From an uncultured virus (IMG/VR IMGVR_UViG_3300005364_000001) (taxonomy: Duplodnaviria > Heunggongvirae > Uroviricota > Caudoviricetes), in the IMG/VR virus record IMGVR_UViG_3300005364_000001: a stretch of 64,000 nucleotides of DNA; one strand, 5' to 3'. This document shows, one piece after another, positions 26,755 to 36,655 of this stretch (position 1 is the stretch's first letter; each line of letters begins with the position of its first letter). Position numbers and translations under genes: made by a program. The notes below the pieces were generated by a model that saw only the letters and a list, made by a program, of their open reading frames with translations, ran no database searches and had not been told where the DNA came from.

Positions 26755-27195
26755 ATGATGAGACGTGCTCAAGCGCTGATCGAACACACCTTGCAGGTCG
26801 CGTTCGTGCTGCTCGTCGCCTGCGCCACCAACGCGCACGCCTCGCCGAGCCCGCAATCGATGGAGCTCGCGCTGCGGCGCTCAGTCGCCGACTTCGCCAG
26901 CGTGATCGACCCAGCGAGCCAGCTCGCGGCCGCGGGCTGCACCGCGCGCAAGGAGGCGATCACCAGCGCCGCCGAGCTCGGCCGCATGAGTAAGGCCGCC
27001 GCGCAGGCCGAGCTCGACGGGGCGATCGAGCGCTGCGCGAAGCTCGAGTGGACCTTCAACCGAATGCGCGAGCTGCATGACCTCGCCCGGGTCGCGATCG
27101 AGCAGGGGCAGATCGGCGAGGCCTCAAGCAAGCTCGAGCAGCTGCGCGCGCAGTGGGCCGGCGTCGGAGATGATCCAGGGGGAGGGGGGTCATGA
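26755..27195 (+). CDS. Putative lipoprotein, helical
   Basis: Signal-like N-terminus with LVAC lipobox; GGAGG RBS. Confidence 0.6.
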   Translation: MMRRAQALIEHTLQVAFVLLVACATNAHASPSPQSMELALRRSVADFASVIDPASQLAAAGCTARKEAITSAAELGRMSKAAAQAELDGAIERCAKLEWTFNRMRELHDLARVAIEQGQIGEASSKLEQLRAQWAGVGDDPGGGGS

Positions 27196-27431
27196 GCGCC
27201 GCCGTCTGGCTCGAGTTCTGGGGCCGCGTGGCGCCGCTGGTCTTCGAGGCCGTGCAGGCGCTGTTCCGCAAGCACAACGGCGACGTGCACGCCGCGGAGG
27301 CCGAGCTGCGCCAGATCCGCGATCACTGGGCCGGCACCGAGCGCGAGAACGAGCGCTTTCGCGCGCGGCTCGAGGTCCTGCCCGACGATGCGCCGGCGGT
27401 CGACGATGAGCCCGAAGAGCCCGCTCAATAG
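27192..27431 (+). CDS. Small hypothetical protein
   Basis: ATGA coupling, GGAGG RBS. Confidence 0.65.
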   Translation: MSAAVWLEFWGRVAPLVFEAVQALFRKHNGDVHAAEAELRQIRDHWAGTERENERFRARLEVLPDDAPAVDDEPEEPAQ

Positions 27432-27439
27432 GGGGAAGC

Positions 27440-29008
27440 GTGCCGTTTGATTTGCCAGCCGTGCCGCTACGCCAGCTGTGTGAGACGAGTCGGTTCCACC
27501 ACATGGATCGGCTCGAGCAGTACTTCCGCAGCCGCCAGGACGACCACAAGCGCTACGACTGGGATGGCTGCTTGCGCAGCATGGGGGGCCTTGATCTGTA
27601 CGACCCTGAGCCGGTCGAGTACAACGTGCCCTTCGCGGCGCGGCGCCCGAACGCCCGGTACAACCTGCCGCGCGTGATCGTGTCGAACCTGACGCAGATG
27701 GCGCTCGGCGGGACCAGCTTCCCGGAGATCAACGTCGAGGCCGACGAGGTCGCCGAAAAGGCGCTGCGCGAGTGGTCCAAGATCATGCGCCTGCCCGCGT
27801 GCATCGCTGAAGCGCGTAACTTCGGCGGCCAGGAAGGCACCGCGTGCTGGTCCCTCGGCGTCAGCCGCGGCCAGTTTCGCATCGACGTGCATAACCCCAA
27901 GCACTGCACCGTGCTCGACTGGTCCGATCGCGGCGAGTTCGTGCCCAAGCGCGTGCTCAAGGCCTACTCGTTCGAGCGCACCAAGTACGACGCGAACGAC
28001 CGCACGCTCAGGACGCGCACGTACTGGTACGTGCGCCTGTGGACCCCCGAGGAAGACGTCACGTGGGACGAGATTCCCGACGAGACCGCCAAGGACGCGA
28101 GCTGGCTCAGCCTGCCGCCGACGCGGCAGTACCTGCACCGCTGGGGCATCTGCCCCTTCTACTGGGTGCAGAACCTGCCCGACAGTCAGGAGGAAGACGG
28201 CGAGGGCGACTACGAGGGCACCGAGGACAAGATCGATGAGATCAACGCGCTGCTGAGCTCGACCACGCGCGGCTCGCGCAAAAACGTCGACCCGACCACC
28301 GTGGTCAAGGAGACCGACAACGACCAGCAGATCAGCAAGGGCTCAGGCGCCGTCATCTTCGCGCCCGGCGGCGCCGAGTACCTGGAGATGTCCGGCACGG
28401 GCGTCACCTCGGCGCTAGCGCTGCTCGGCGAGCTCAGGCAGTCGGTGCTCGAGGAGACGCAGGTGGTCATCCCGAGGGAAGACAAGATCACCGGCGCCGC
28501 GCAGTCGGCCGCGGCCATGCGCATCCTGTACAGGCCGATGATCGCCCGGTGCAACACGCTACGCGAGCAGTACAGCGGGCCGCTCACGCGCACGCTCAAC
28601 GACCTGCTCAGGATCGCGCGCAAGCTGCGCCAGCAGTTCGACGAGGTCGTGGTCGAGGGCGTGCTGGTCGAGCGCGTGCAGGAGACGCTTACGCCCGACC
28701 TCGACCCGGGCGAGTCGGAGCTCGTGACCTTGCGCTGGCCCGAGTACTTCGCGCCCACCGCGCAGGACGTGAAGGATGCGGTGGCGACGGCCCAGACGGC
28801 GAGCGGCGGTAAGCCCGTGATCGCGCACAAGACGGCCGTCGACTACACCTCGCGGCTGTTCGGCGTCGCCGACGTCGACGAGGAGATCGCGCAGATCGCC
28901 AACGAGGCCGACGAGGAGGCCGAGCGCGCCGCCGAGACCATGGAGCGCGAGGCGCAGGCCTTCGCCAAGGCGCCCGAGCGCGAGGCCCTCGGCGCCGACG
29001 TTGAGTAA
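27440..29008 (+). CDS. Portal protein
   Basis: 522 aa; first gene of the head module; SPP1-portal-like features (QSAAAMRILY.P, V.L.WP.Y, DVDEEI..I..E). Confidence 0.75.
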   Translation: MPFDLPAVPLRQLCETSRFHHMDRLEQYFRSRQDDHKRYDWDGCLRSMGGLDLYDPEPVEYNVPFAARRPNARYNLPRVIVSNLTQMALGGTSFPEINVEADEVAEKALREWSKIMRLPACIAEARNFGGQEGTACWSLGVSRGQFRIDVHNPKHCTVLDWSDRGEFVPKRVLKAYSFERTKYDANDRTLRTRTYWYVRLWTPEEDVTWDEIPDETAKDASWLSLPPTRQYLHRWGICPFYWVQNLPDSQEEDGEGDYEGTEDKIDEINALLSSTTRGSRKNVDPTTVVKETDNDQQISKGSGAVIFAPGGAEYLEMSGTGVTSALALLGELRQSVLEETQVVIPREDKITGAAQSAAAMRILYRPMIARCNTLREQYSGPLTRTLNDLLRIARKLRQQFDEVVVEGVLVERVQETLTPDLDPGESELVTLRWPEYFAPTAQDVKDAVATAQTASGGKPVIAHKTAVDYTSRLFGVADVDEEIAQIANEADEEAERAAETMEREAQAFAKAPEREALGADVE

Positions 29009-29014
29009 GGCGCC

Positions 29015-31888
29015 ATGGCCACCAAGCAGGCTCTGGCGCGCGCTGAGGAGTCGATCACCGCTACCCTCGCGCAGTCCGATCAGATCCTGCGCCTGGCCGA
29101 CGGCGACGGCAGGGCCGCGCAGAAGGACCTCCTGAGCGTGCTCGAGGCGGCCGACGCCGAGGTCGCCAAGCGGCTCGCGAAGATCAGCCCCAAGCCGAAC
29201 GGCGACATGAAGTTCACCGCGGCGCAGGCGATCGCGTACCGGGCGCAGATCGCGGTCGTGATCGAGAAGGTCAAGTACAAGCTCGACCCCGTGGCGACCG
29301 ACGTCGCAGAGGCGGCGATGCAGAAGTCGGTCAAGCAGGGCGCCTCGCTGCTCGCCAAGCTCGAGCAGAGCTTCAAGGGGGTATCGACCTCGCCGAACAT
29401 CTTGGCGGCGATGCAACAGTCGCAGGTGGTGCGCGGGCCCAACGCCTCGCTGGTGACGCGCGTGGCGACGAGCCTCGATCGCTACGGGTACGAGATGGGC
29501 GGGCAGTTTTCGCGGATCCTACAGGTGGGGCTGCTCAGCGGCGCGACCCAGGACCAGATGGTGGCGACGCTGGTCGGGCACGGCGGGCCGAAAGGCAAGG
29601 TCAGCCTGGCGGCCAAGGAGGTCGCGCCGGGCGTGGTGCAGCGCGTGCGCGAGGGCGATATCCCCGAGGGCCTGTTTGTCCGACACCGCTACTGGGCCGA
29701 GCGCATCGTGCGCACTGAGCTCGCGTATGCCTTCAACGGGGTGAAGCTCGAGCAGATGCGCACCATGCGCGCCGAGGGGCTCGAGGTAAAAAAGAAGATC
29801 GTTGCGCACTTCGACTCGCGCACGGCGCCCGACTCAGTAGCGGTACACGGCCAGGTGCGCGAGCTCGAGCAGTCCTTCCTCGATGGCGCGGGGCGCTCGT
29901 ACTTGCAGCCGCCGGGGCGGCCCAACGACCGCGAGACGATCATCCCGTGGTTTGGCGACTGGGAGGAGACCCCGTCGACCAAGGCGCCCAACCCCGAGGA
30001 GGTGGCCAAGGCTGAGGAGCTGGCGCAGCCCGCCCCAGCGCCCAAGGGCGCCCCGCTGGTGCCGCGCTCGACCGAGGAGCTGCACCAGCTCGAGCAGGAG
30101 GCGCGCGGGGCCGTCGAGCTCGAGCGCGCGCGGCAAGAGGCCCGGGCGCACCAGGAGCTCGCCAACCTCGGCGACGACGTGCAGCACGCCGAGACGCTCG
30201 CGGCCAAGGTGCTCGAGCGCATCGAGCAGGAAACCAAGGCCAAGCAGCACGCGCTCCAGAAGCTGGCCGAGGAGCAAGCCAAGAAGGCCGCCAAGGCCGC
30301 CGAGAAAAAGGCCGCCAAGGCGATCAAGGCGACCGACGCATCGGTCGGCACCAAGGCGCTCAAGGGCGAGGCGCACCTCGCGCACCTCGAGCTGATCCAG
30401 CTCAGCTGGGAGAAGCCGGAGCACTTCGCCGAGTTCGTCAACATGACCAAGCTCGACGACAAGCTGCCGATCGCGTCGATCACGGGCGCGGTCAAGGTCT
30501 CGCCGCCAGTGACCGAGCAGCTGATCAAGGATGCGCTCAGCGGCTACAACGACGCCGCGGGCAACCCCGTCGCCAACGCGCTCGCCGAGTTCAAGAAGAG
30601 CGACAAGTACCCGGCGTTCGTCGACGAGCTCGCCAAGGGCAAGAGCGCCAAGGCGCAGAAGCTGTTCGCGGCGCTGATCGCCAGCGAGGGCGAGCTCTAC
30701 GACAAGGCGCTGAGCATGGCCAAGGGCCTGCCCAAGCTGACTGCCAAGCAGCTCAAGGCCAAGTACAAGCCCGCGCCGCCCCCGGTGCCGCTCGCGCCGC
30801 CGCCGGTGGCGAAGGACTACGTCTTCAAGTCGGGCGGCTCGAGCTACATCGACGTGTACGAGGGCGAGAAGAAGGTCGCGCTCTTTTTCGAGAAGACGCC
30901 GGGGGTGTACACGGTCGAGCCGCCGCCGAAGCTCGCGTCGCACCAGGCCAAGACCTTCAGCACCAAGGAGGAGGCCGCGGTGTACGCGGTCGAGGTCAGC
31001 AAGGCGATCCAGGCGCTGCCGCCAGCGCCCAAGCCCGCGGCGGCCGCGTACTCGTACTCGAGCGAGCCCAAGACCTCGCGCTTCAACCACGCGCCCGAGA
31101 AGGTCCCGACCGTGCTCAAGCCGATCAAGATCGCGGCCGGTGCGCAGAAGGACATCGACAAGCACCGCAAGACGGCGCGCGCGCACTTCGCCAAGCATGG
31201 CGTCGTCAAGGTCAAGGAGGACCGCGCCTCGATTCGTGGTGGCGTCGACCAGGTGCTCGAGAAGGCCGAGCTGTGGCACCAACAGAAGAAATGGTCCGAC
31301 GGGATCGGCGGCTGCTGGTACTCGAGCTCGGCGGGAGCGAAGTCGATGGCTGGCAAGCTGGTCGCGCACGACCTCAGCCCCGATCACGGCGAAGGCAAGC
31401 AGGTCGCCGAGGACATGGCCAAGCAGGTCGACGATGAGCGCAGCAAGGGCGATCACGAGAAGTATTTCCATTACTCGCGCCTCAAGTACGCCGCGACGCA
31501 GGAGGCGATCGAGATCAGGCGCAAGGCGGGCGAGTTTGCCGAGCACATCGACGATGAAGGGTACGTGCTGCTGTACCGGGGGATCAGAGACGATCAGGCC
31601 GCGCACCTACGCAAGGCGCGCGAGCTCGGCGAGCACACCGAGGTCGCCTTTCGCACCGTCTCGAGCTGGTCGGTCCTGCGTGGCACCGCCGTCAGATTCG
31701 CGACGAGCTCGGGCGTCGTGATCCGCGCGAGGGTGCATATCAGCCGGATCTTCAGCCAGTTCGAGCAGGAGCGCATCGCGATGGACCGCTTCGGCCACGG
31801 CGAATCCGAGTGGATCGTGATCAACGAGGATCACAAAGGCACGCAAACGATCAAATCCGAGGACGTGCAGAACCCCCACAACGAGTGA
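29015..31888 (+). CDS. MuF / SPP1 gp7-like minor head protein with C-terminal ADP-ribosyltransferase-like domain
   Basis: AERIVRTE, D.RT....VHGQV, PP.RPNDR (MuF); C-terminal LYRG...SSWS...ESE (R-S-E ART pattern). Confidence 0.8.
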   Translation: MATKQALARAEESITATLAQSDQILRLADGDGRAAQKDLLSVLEAADAEVAKRLAKISPKPNGDMKFTAAQAIAYRAQIAVVIEKVKYKLDPVATDVAEAAMQKSVKQGASLLAKLEQSFKGVSTSPNILAAMQQSQVVRGPNASLVTRVATSLDRYGYEMGGQFSRILQVGLLSGATQDQMVATLVGHGGPKGKVSLAAKEVAPGVVQRVREGDIPEGLFVRHRYWAERIVRTELAYAFNGVKLEQMRTMRAEGLEVKKKIVAHFDSRTAPDSVAVHGQVRELEQSFLDGAGRSYLQPPGRPNDRETIIPWFGDWEETPSTKAPNPEEVAKAEELAQPAPAPKGAPLVPRSTEELHQLEQEARGAVELERARQEARAHQELANLGDDVQHAETLAAKVLERIEQETKAKQHALQKLAEEQAKKAAKAAEKKAAKAIKATDASVGTKALKGEAHLAHLELIQLSWEKPEHFAEFVNMTKLDDKLPIASITGAVKVSPPVTEQLIKDALSGYNDAAGNPVANALAEFKKSDKYPAFVDELAKGKSAKAQKLFAALIASEGELYDKALSMAKGLPKLTAKQLKAKYKPAPPPVPLAPPPVAKDYVFKSGGSSYIDVYEGEKKVALFFEKTPGVYTVEPPPKLASHQAKTFSTKEEAAVYAVEVSKAIQALPPAPKPAAAAYSYSSEPKTSRFNHAPEKVPTVLKPIKIAAGAQKDIDKHRKTARAHFAKHGVVKVKEDRASIRGGVDQVLEKAELWHQQKKWSDGIGGCWYSSSAGAKSMAGKLVAHDLSPDHGEGKQVAEDMAKQVDDERSKGDHEKYFHYSRLKYAATQEAIEIRRKAGEFAEHIDDEGYVLLYRGIRDDQAAHLRKARELGEHTEVAFRTVSSWSVLRGTAVRFATSSGVVIRARVHISRIFSQFEQERIAMDRFGHGESEWIVINEDHKGTQTIKSEDVQNPHNE

Positions 31889-31967
31889 ACCCGCTTACGT
31901 AATGCGGAACCATTTTGAGAAACGCCGTTTCCAAACTAAGATCGTCTCATGACGAAGAAAGCGCGCA

Positions 31968-32246
31968 GTGCCAGTGCCACCAAGGGATCCGCCGCCGCCG
32001 TGGCCGGGCGCGTACGAGCGGGGGCTCGAGGACCTGCCCGACGTAAGCCCGCTCAAGGGCGACCTCACGGGGCCGCTCGAGCAGTGTTGGATGAACCTCG
32101 ACGCGGCGGCGCAGGAAAAGGGCGCGCCGCTCAGCAAGGTCGAGGAAAGGCGGATCCTGCGCGGCAGGCCGTGGCGCAGCCGAAGGGCGCGCGAGGCGCT
32201 GGCAAGGGCGCAGGGAAGGCCGCCGCCGTTCCGGCCCGACGAGTGA
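31968..32246 (+). CDS. Small protein downstream of MuF toxin (candidate immunity)
   Basis: Best GC3 frame in this interval; GTGA-coupled to the macrodomain gene. Confidence 0.55.
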   Translation: MPVPPRDPPPPWPGAYERGLEDLPDVSPLKGDLTGPLEQCWMNLDAAAQEKGAPLSKVEERRILRGRPWRSRRAREALARAQGRPPPFRPDE

Positions 32247-32893
32247 GCGACCCGCACAAGGGCGCCAAGCTCAGCAAGGCGACCAGTCGGATCAAGCTCG
32301 CCGAGGGCGACCTGTGGGATTGGTACGAGAAGGGGCACCGCGTGGTCGTGACCACGAACATCGGCTGGCACCCCGAGACCGGGCGCAACAACATGGGCGC
32401 CGGCATGGCCTTGCAGGCGGCGCTCCGGTTCCCGGGGCTACGGGCGAAGCGCGGGTCGCAGGCGCTCGAGGCTGCGCCGCTCGAGGGCTTCCTCGAACCC
32501 GAGGGCCTGGACGTCTGGTACGGCTCGCTCTGCGAGCAGATCGGCGAGGAGATGCCCGTGGTGGCGTACCCGCTCGAGCCGCGGATCATCCTGCTGCCGG
32601 TCAAGCCGCTGCTGTTCGCCGACAACCCCGAGCGCTCATGGGATCAGAAGGGCTCGTACACGCTGATCATGCGGAGCCTGCTCCAGCTGCGCAGCTACCC
32701 GGGCAAGATCGCGCTGAGCTACCCGGGCTGCGGCAACGGCGGGCTCGACGAGGAGAAGATGGGGCGGCTGGTCGAGAACATCCTCGGGCAGGACCCCGAC
32801 CCTGCGCGCTTCACGCTGGTGCGGTTCAAGTCGAAGCTCGCGGAATCGACGCAGGGCGAGAGCTTGTTTCAGCACTGGACGCGCCCGGTGTAA
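32243..32893 (+). CDS. Macrodomain protein (TARG1/DarG-like ADP-ribosylhydrolase)
   Basis: GDLW, VVTTN, MGAG.A.Q...RFP, LP.K...W, IAL..PGCGNGGL; frame is open upstream to ATG 31949. Confidence 0.8.
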   Translation: MSDPHKGAKLSKATSRIKLAEGDLWDWYEKGHRVVVTTNIGWHPETGRNNMGAGMALQAALRFPGLRAKRGSQALEAAPLEGFLEPEGLDVWYGSLCEQIGEEMPVVAYPLEPRIILLPVKPLLFADNPERSWDQKGSYTLIMRSLLQLRSYPGKIALSYPGCGNGGLDEEKMGRLVENILGQDPDPARFTLVRFKSKLAESTQGESLFQHWTRPV

Positions 32894-32924
32894 GCTTCGC
32901 CCCGGTACCACCCGGGGGGGCCGT

Positions 32925-33611
32925 GTGCAGATTCAATCCAAGGGCTATCTGAGCTCCGGCTCGAGCGTGTGCGGCGACTGCGGCTCGAAAGCTCAGATCG
33001 CCCCCTTCGAGCTCGGGTTCCGGTACGGCGTCGAGACCTACGCCCAGTGCCGCTCCGGCGAGGTCACCGTCGCGACCCAGCCGCTCGAGTACGTCGCACT
33101 CGCGCCCACCGAGCAGATCGAGGCGATCGAGCTGCTCGCGCTGCGCACGTCGGGCCCGGTGGCGCTACGCCTCGAGGGCGCGCCTGCCTCGGTCTCGACC
33201 GCGGCCATCTACCCGGTCGCCGCGCTCGACGGGCTCACCCTGGCGTTCGGCGTCGACGGCCAGGCCGTCAATGTGGAGTTCCTGCTGGGCGATGCCACCG
33301 CGAACGACGTGGCCCGGCGGATCAACAGCGCCGCGGCGCTGGTAGGCGTGCCCTTTCAGCCTGCCAAGGTGGGCCAGCTCGGGCAGGTGGAGATCGGCGG
33401 GGTCAGGACGGGCGCGCAGGGCGTGCTGAGCGCCTTTACGGGCACGGCGGTCGCAGCGCTCGGGCTCAGCACGTGGCTCGGGGGGGTGGGCAAGGGCAGC
33501 GACGTCGACGTCGACGGGCTGGTCGTGATGCAGTTTGGCCGCTCGGGCAGCGTCGGCCGAGTGGAAGTGAGCGGGCAGGCCACCGTCGAGGTGCTTGTCG
33601 CAGGCGCGTAA
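32925..33611 (+). CDS. Putative virion structural protein
   Basis: Head module position; TA.DVA..IN.A motif also seen in the sheath insertion. Confidence 0.6.
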   Translation: MQIQSKGYLSSGSSVCGDCGSKAQIAPFELGFRYGVETYAQCRSGEVTVATQPLEYVALAPTEQIEAIELLALRTSGPVALRLEGAPASVSTAAIYPVAALDGLTLAFGVDGQAVNVEFLLGDATANDVARRINSAAALVGVPFQPAKVGQLGQVEIGGVRTGAQGVLSAFTGTAVAALGLSTWLGGVGKGSDVDVDGLVVMQFGRSGSVGRVEVSGQATVEVLVAGA

Positions 33612-33639
33612 CACGCAAGCGATGGAAGGGAGCGGCCCC

Positions 33640-34290
33640 ATGCCGACAGTTCGCGAAGGTCTCAACAACGGAAATCCCAACTCGATCCCGCACCTGCTCC
33701 AGATGGCAGGCGCGGGCGAGGCCCTGGCGCTGATCCCCCGCACGGTGCGCGGTGCCGTGGCGTCGCACAAGCTCACGCTGCCGGAGAAGGCCAAGGCTGC
33801 GCGCGTGCTGATCGCGTACGGCATGGGCACGACCTCGGGCTACAAGTCGGCGCTCGCGGCCGGCTCGTCGGCGGCGCCTGCGACCGGAGAGGTCACGGTC
33901 AACGCGCAGGGCGATATCGTGTTCGCGACGGCCGACGCGATCACGTCGGCGACCGTGACGTACGTGGCGGTCGAGGGCGAGGTCTTCGAGGAGACCGTCG
34001 ACGTCGTCGCCAACGAGGGCGTTCTGCTCGGCACCCGCCGCGCGACGCTCTTGCTCGGCGCGACGCGCACCGCCGGCGGCGCACTCGGCGCGTGCACCAT
34101 CGTGCAGCGCCCGGGCGTGCCCGCGGCGGGCCAGGCCGCGATCGGCGCCGCCGATGACAGCAAGGTCGCCTTCGCGGCGGCCGACGCGGTCACGCGCGCG
34201 ACCGTTCGCTACCTCGCCGTTCCGGGTATCGGCAACGTGCAGCGCAAGGGCGTCGGCGAGGCGCTCGAGCTCACCGTCGGCGGCGTCTAA
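33640..34290 (+). CDS. Putative capsid decoration/structural protein
   Basis: Ala/Gly/Thr-rich, internal duplication (F...DA.T.ATV.Y.AV); upstream of scaffold. Confidence 0.6.
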   Translation: MPTVREGLNNGNPNSIPHLLQMAGAGEALALIPRTVRGAVASHKLTLPEKAKAARVLIAYGMGTTSGYKSALAAGSSAAPATGEVTVNAQGDIVFATADAITSATVTYVAVEGEVFEETVDVVANEGVLLGTRRATLLLGATRTAGGALGACTIVQRPGVPAAGQAAIGAADDSKVAFAAADAVTRATVRYLAVPGIGNVQRKGVGEALELTVGGV

Positions 34291-34382
34291 AAAACACCCG
34301 GCTCCTTTGACCAGGCGCTCCCCGGCTCGCGCAGGGGGGCGCAACGCCCGTTGACCCCAGCCCCACCCATGAGGACCTGACC

Positions 34383-35102
34383 ATGCCGCCCGAGACCAGC
34401 CCCGCGGCCCCGCCGCCGCCCGCTGCCCCTGCCATGCCGCCGCCTACGCCCACGGCGGCCACGCCCCCAGTAACCCCGCCAGCGGCCCCTCCAGGAGCCG
34501 CAACGCCGCCTGCCGGCGACGCGCCCGCCCCCGAGGGGGGCAAGGAGCCGAGCTGGCTCAAGGAGCGGCTCGAGCGCGAGCGCCGCACGGCCATGAAGGC
34601 CCTCGGGTTCGACACGCCCGAGGCGGCGCAGGCCGCGATCGCGCGCGCCAAGGACCTCGAGACGGCTGCCGAGGTCGCGCGCCTGGCGCAGCTGAGCGAC
34701 CTCGAGCGCGAGAAGGAGCGCGCCAGCAAGGCCGAGCGCGAGCTCGCCACCGAGCGCGCGCGCGCCACCAAGCTTGAGCAGCAGGGGCAGCTCTCGGCCG
34801 CGTGCGCCGAGCTCGGGCTCAAGAACACCTCGTACGCCGGCTTCCTGTTCGAGCAGGCCCGCCAGGCCGACCCGAACATCACCGCCGACGCCGCGCTCAA
34901 GGCCGCGATCGCCGACGAGACGCAGCGCGCCGCGCTCGGGGCCGCCCCCGTGCCGACGCGGCAGGTCCCCGCGGGCGGGGCGACGCCGCCCGGCACGCCC
35001 CCGAGCCCCGGGGCACAGGGGCAGGGGCAGACCTTCGACGCGAGCAAGGCCACGGCCGACGAGTGGCAGACCTATAAACGCTCGATCGGCCTGCCGGTCT
35101 GA
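34383..35102 (+). CDS. Capsid scaffolding protein
   Basis: Pro-rich N-terminus, RLERER coiled coil, precedes major capsid gene. Confidence 0.75.
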   Translation: MPPETSPAAPPPPAAPAMPPPTPTAATPPVTPPAAPPGAATPPAGDAPAPEGGKEPSWLKERLERERRTAMKALGFDTPEAAQAAIARAKDLETAAEVARLAQLSDLEREKERASKAERELATERARATKLEQQGQLSAACAELGLKNTSYAGFLFEQARQADPNITADAALKAAIADETQRAALGAAPVPTRQVPAGGATPPGTPPSPGAQGQGQTFDASKATADEWQTYKRSIGLPV

Positions 35103-35254
35103 TCTCGGCGCCTTGGCGCCGCTTGGGATAGAGTCACCGCTACGAACTACGCCGCCGACGGCGGCACCCTGCAACACGCGACGCCGAGCGGACAGAACGG
35201 GCGATTCAGCGGGGCCAACACCAACCCAACCGATACACACGGTCGGAGTGCCCC

Positions 35255-36655
35255 ATGACAGTCACCCTTCAGGGCTTTGACCCCTCAGTCGTCAACATGA
35301 TTCAGCAGGGCATCCTTCAGCGCGGCTTCCAAGAGGCGCTCATGCCGAAGCAGCTTTTCCGCGCCGAGGCCACGCCCGAGCGCTGGGAGGCCAACATCGG
35401 CGATGTGAAAATCATCACGCGCGCCGGCACCATGCCGATCAGCACCAAGCCGCTGCCGCCGGCGCAAGATCCGACGCCCAAGACCTACGCGACCGAGCAG
35501 TTTCGCGTCGAGGCCAAGCCCTACGGCGACCGGCTCCAGACCCACATGCCGACCTCGCGGGCGATGATCGGTAACAAGTTCTTCCTCGACACGCAGAAGC
35601 TCGGCGAGAACGCGGGCATCACGATCAATCGCTGCACGCGGGACAAGCTCTTTTCGGCGTACCTGAGCGCCGACACGGTCACGATCACGGCGGCGACCAC
35701 GGGCGCGAGCGCGTTGCGCGTGGCCAACCTGAACGGCTTCCTCGACCGCCTGGTCTCGGGCGGCATTCAGGGCGTCTCGCCGGCGGCGCCGATCTCGATC
35801 CAGCTCGGCGCGAGCAACATCGCCAACAGCGTGATCGCGGCAGTGCCCGACCAGGCGGGCGAGCCCCAGGGGCCCGGGACGATCATGCTCGGCACGCCGC
35901 TCGGCGCCAACCTCGCCGTCCGCTCGCGCGTGCGCGCGCTGCACCGCTCGCGCATCCTGCGCGCCGGCGGCGCCGGTACGATCGACGGGCTCACCGGCTC
36001 GAGCATGCTCACGATCGATATGATCATTGCGGCGGTGCAGCTCATGCGCGGCCAGAGCGTGCCCCCACACCCCGACGGCACCTACCACATCCACCTGTCC
36101 ACCGACGGCGTGACGCAGCTCTTCTCGGATCCTCGCTTCGCGTCGATCAACAACAGCCTGGGCAACACCGCCGGAATCAACTCCGGCGTCTACGCGGGGC
36201 TGATCATCGGCCGAGGCCTCGGCTGCACCTGGTACACGAACAACGAGACGCCGACCCAGTATAACGTCGAGGCGCTCTACGCGACGGGCAGCAACGCGCT
36301 GAGCTCGCCCAACGTCGGCGCCGAGGTCGTCAACGAGACCGGCGTGCCGGTCGCGCGCACGATCATCACGGGCGGCGGCGCCCTGTACGAGCTGTGGATC
36401 CCCGAGGAAGAGTACGAGACCGAGGTGGGCCTCCTGGGCGTCGCCAAGACGTTCAACGTGACCAACGCCGGCGTCGTGATCAACACCGACCGGATCCGCC
36501 ACTTGATTCGCAAGCCGCTCGACGTGCTCCAGCGCATCGTCGATCAGGCGTGGAGCTTCTCAGGCGACTGGGCGGTTCCGACGGATGTCCTGACGGGCAA
36601 CGGCGCCAAGTACAAGCGCGCCGTGGTGCTCGAGCACGCGGGCAGCCTCGCATAA
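35255..36655 (+). CDS. Major capsid protein
   Basis: 466 aa after scaffold, G.Y...H type motif, PLD.LQR...QAW C-terminal motif, followed by terminator. Confidence 0.8.
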   Translation: MTVTLQGFDPSVVNMIQQGILQRGFQEALMPKQLFRAEATPERWEANIGDVKIITRAGTMPISTKPLPPAQDPTPKTYATEQFRVEAKPYGDRLQTHMPTSRAMIGNKFFLDTQKLGENAGITINRCTRDKLFSAYLSADTVTITAATTGASALRVANLNGFLDRLVSGGIQGVSPAAPISIQLGASNIANSVIAAVPDQAGEPQGPGTIMLGTPLGANLAVRSRVRALHRSRILRAGGAGTIDGLTGSSMLTIDMIIAAVQLMRGQSVPPHPDGTYHIHLSTDGVTQLFSDPRFASINNSLGNTAGINSGVYAGLIIGRGLGCTWYTNNETPTQYNVEALYATGSNALSSPNVGAEVVNETGVPVARTIITGGGALYELWIPEEEYETEVGLLGVAKTFNVTNAGVVINTDRIRHLIRKPLDVLQRIVDQAWSFSGDWAVPTDVLTGNGAKYKRAVVLEHAGSLA

